Shown: in pieces, positions 34,320 to 35,524 of the stretch
Layout: each line of letters begins with the position of its first letter
How positions within the stretch are numbered: the first letter of the stretch is position 1
Source of the DNA: a bacterium
GTDB taxonomy: Bacteria; UBA9089; CG2-30-40-21; SBAY01
Reading direction: 5' to 3'
DNA: 35,524 nucleotides
Assembly (NCBI GenBank): GCA_040757115.1
Contig: JBFLYA010000011.1
Coordinates: 1 to 35,524 of the forward strand
Made by a program: the position numbers and the translations under genes
The notes under the pieces: generated by a model
The model's database searches: none
What the model was told of the DNA's origin: nothing
What the model saw: the letters and a program-made list of their open reading frames with translations, nothing else

Positions 34320-35168
34320 ATGCCTATTTCATTGATAAAAGAGGAAGAAAGACATATCTTACGGGTTTTGCCTATCCTTCTAAAGAGGGATGAGCAATTA
34401 AGAGGCTCTCTCTATGCCATCCTATCTGAAACTTTTGCCACAAAGGTTGATCTCAAGCTGATTATTGAACAGATGAATAAGAGGTTTGAAGAGCAAAGGG
34501 AAGAAACAAACAGGCGATTTGAGGAAATCAACAGACGCTTTGAGGAACACAGGGAGGAAACAAACAAGCGATTTGAGGCAATGGAAAGGCGCTTTGAGGA
34601 ACACAGGGAGGAAACAAACAAGCGATTTGAGGAAATCAACAGACGCTTTGAGGAACACAGAGAGGAAACAAATAAAAGATTTGAACAGATAGACAAAAGA
34701 TTTGAACAGATAGACAAAAGATTTGAACAGATAGACAGAAGATTTGATGTAATGGATAGAAAACTTGAAGACCAGAGCGATTGGGTAGGTGTAGTTGTTG
34801 GAGGCCTTCAAAGGAGGGCTGGTAGGAATTTGGAAGATACAATTGCAGGAACATTAAGATGTGTTTTAAAAACACCTGACCTGAAGCCAGAGTATCTTAT
34901 GATGAGAAAGAAGATAACAGATGAAGAAGGGATTATGGGAAGAAAGGGAAAAAGCTATGAAATAGACCTCTATGTCCATAATTCTTATGCCCTGGTTTTT
35001 GAGATAAAATCCTATGCTGAAGCTGATGATGTAGAAAGATTTAATGACAAGGCAGAGATAGCAAAAAAGCAATTTAACATCCCTCAAGCAAAAAAGGTAT
35101 TTGTTACATTACAAAAAGAAAGGGATATGGCTGAAGTTTGCAAGACTTTTGGAATTGAGTTAGTTTAA
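34320..35168 (+). CDS. Coiled-coil repeat protein with C-terminal PD-(D/E)XK nuclease-like domain (DUF3782-like architecture)
   Basis: (T/I)N(K/R)RFEE repeats followed by GRNLE...EIDLYV...FEIKS. Confidence 0.78.
   Translation: MPISLIKEEERHILRVLPILLKRDEQLRGSLYAILSETFATKVDLKLIIEQMNKRFEEQREETNRRFEEINRRFEEHREETNKRFEAMERRFEEHREETNKRFEEINRRFEEHREETNKRFEQIDKRFEQIDKRFEQIDRRFDVMDRKLEDQSDWVGVVVGGLQRRAGRNLEDTIAGTLRCVLKTPDLKPEYLMMRKKITDEEGIMGRKGKSYEIDLYVHNSYALVFEIKSYAEADDVERFNDKAEIAKKQFNIPQAKKVFVTLQKERDMAEVCKTFGIELV
34473..34760 (+). repeat. Intragenic tandem repeats: 54-bp (11+7 aa) units followed by 21-bp units
   Basis: gaaacaaacaagcgatttgagg recurs every 54 bp; aagatttgaacagatagaca recurs every 21 bp. 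Confidence 0.9.
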
Positions 35169-35433
35169 AATAAAAAATTTCTCCTTGATTATATAGGAAA
35201 GTATAAAATATACCACGAATTTCACGAATTGGACGAATAAAAATGTGTCTAAGTATCTGGTAGTCTATGTAACCTAGACACCTAGTGCTCTGTCGCCATT
35301 CAAGTGATTGATTGGCCGTTGTCCCCCGCTGGCGGGGATCTAATCCTTACCCACAAGTTGGGTAACAAGATGAGGTAAGTAAGGATAAACTATGAATGGG
35401 AGATTAGAGATTGCAGGAGAGCGGAGTAAGTGG

Positions 35434-35524
35434 CAAAATTCCAAATCACAAATTCCAAAATACAAATAAATTCCAATGACCAAAATTCAAAATTCCAAAC
35501 AATATGAGTAACTATTCACCACGA
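35434..35524. repeat. Inverted copy of the 136-202 repeat followed by the start of another GTAACTATTCA element
   Basis: caaaattccaaatcacaaattcc...ccaaac; gtaactattcacc at 35508 runs off the window end. Confidence 0.8.

Noticed and set aside
34412-34875. Several antisense and alternate-frame repetitive ORFs
   Set aside because: Shadows of the tandem-repeat coiled-coil gene; the other short ORFs overlapping long genes in the track are likewise treated as shadows

Overview
Low-GC chromosomal window from an apparently anaerobic, diderm bacterium (CooC/AcsF ATPase, POR gamma/delta subunits, anaerobic cobalamin genes, gmhA). Housekeeping blocks (ricT/PSP1-metG-cooC; porG-porD; rmuC; mdh; gmhA) flank three notable regions. 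(1) A cobalamin-riboswitch-controlled operon starts with a 36-aa peptide missing from the ORF track (CbpA-like, 5779-5889). It is followed by a radical SAM/SPASM maturase (CbpB-like), cobQ, a Dph6-like ATP pyrophosphatase and a CbiX-CbiC fusion, making a candidate B12-regulated RiPP system. (2) A minus-strand defence island runs radC-mod-[Schlafen/AlbA_2]-res, followed by a diverged, internally deleted second res copy preceded by fic, and a decayed toxin-antitoxin pair. (3) A BatD-like/C25 gingipain/PorV-like secretion block. Many intergenic gaps hold miniature elements. The main family has GTAA-starting inverted ends and 8-bp target duplications (IS66-like), shares ends but carries different interiors including a GxxExxY gene remnant, and nests inside related elements. 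Repeat-derived DNA has also been inserted in frame into two cobalamin-operon proteins. All family assignments come from motif recognition by eye; no searches were run.
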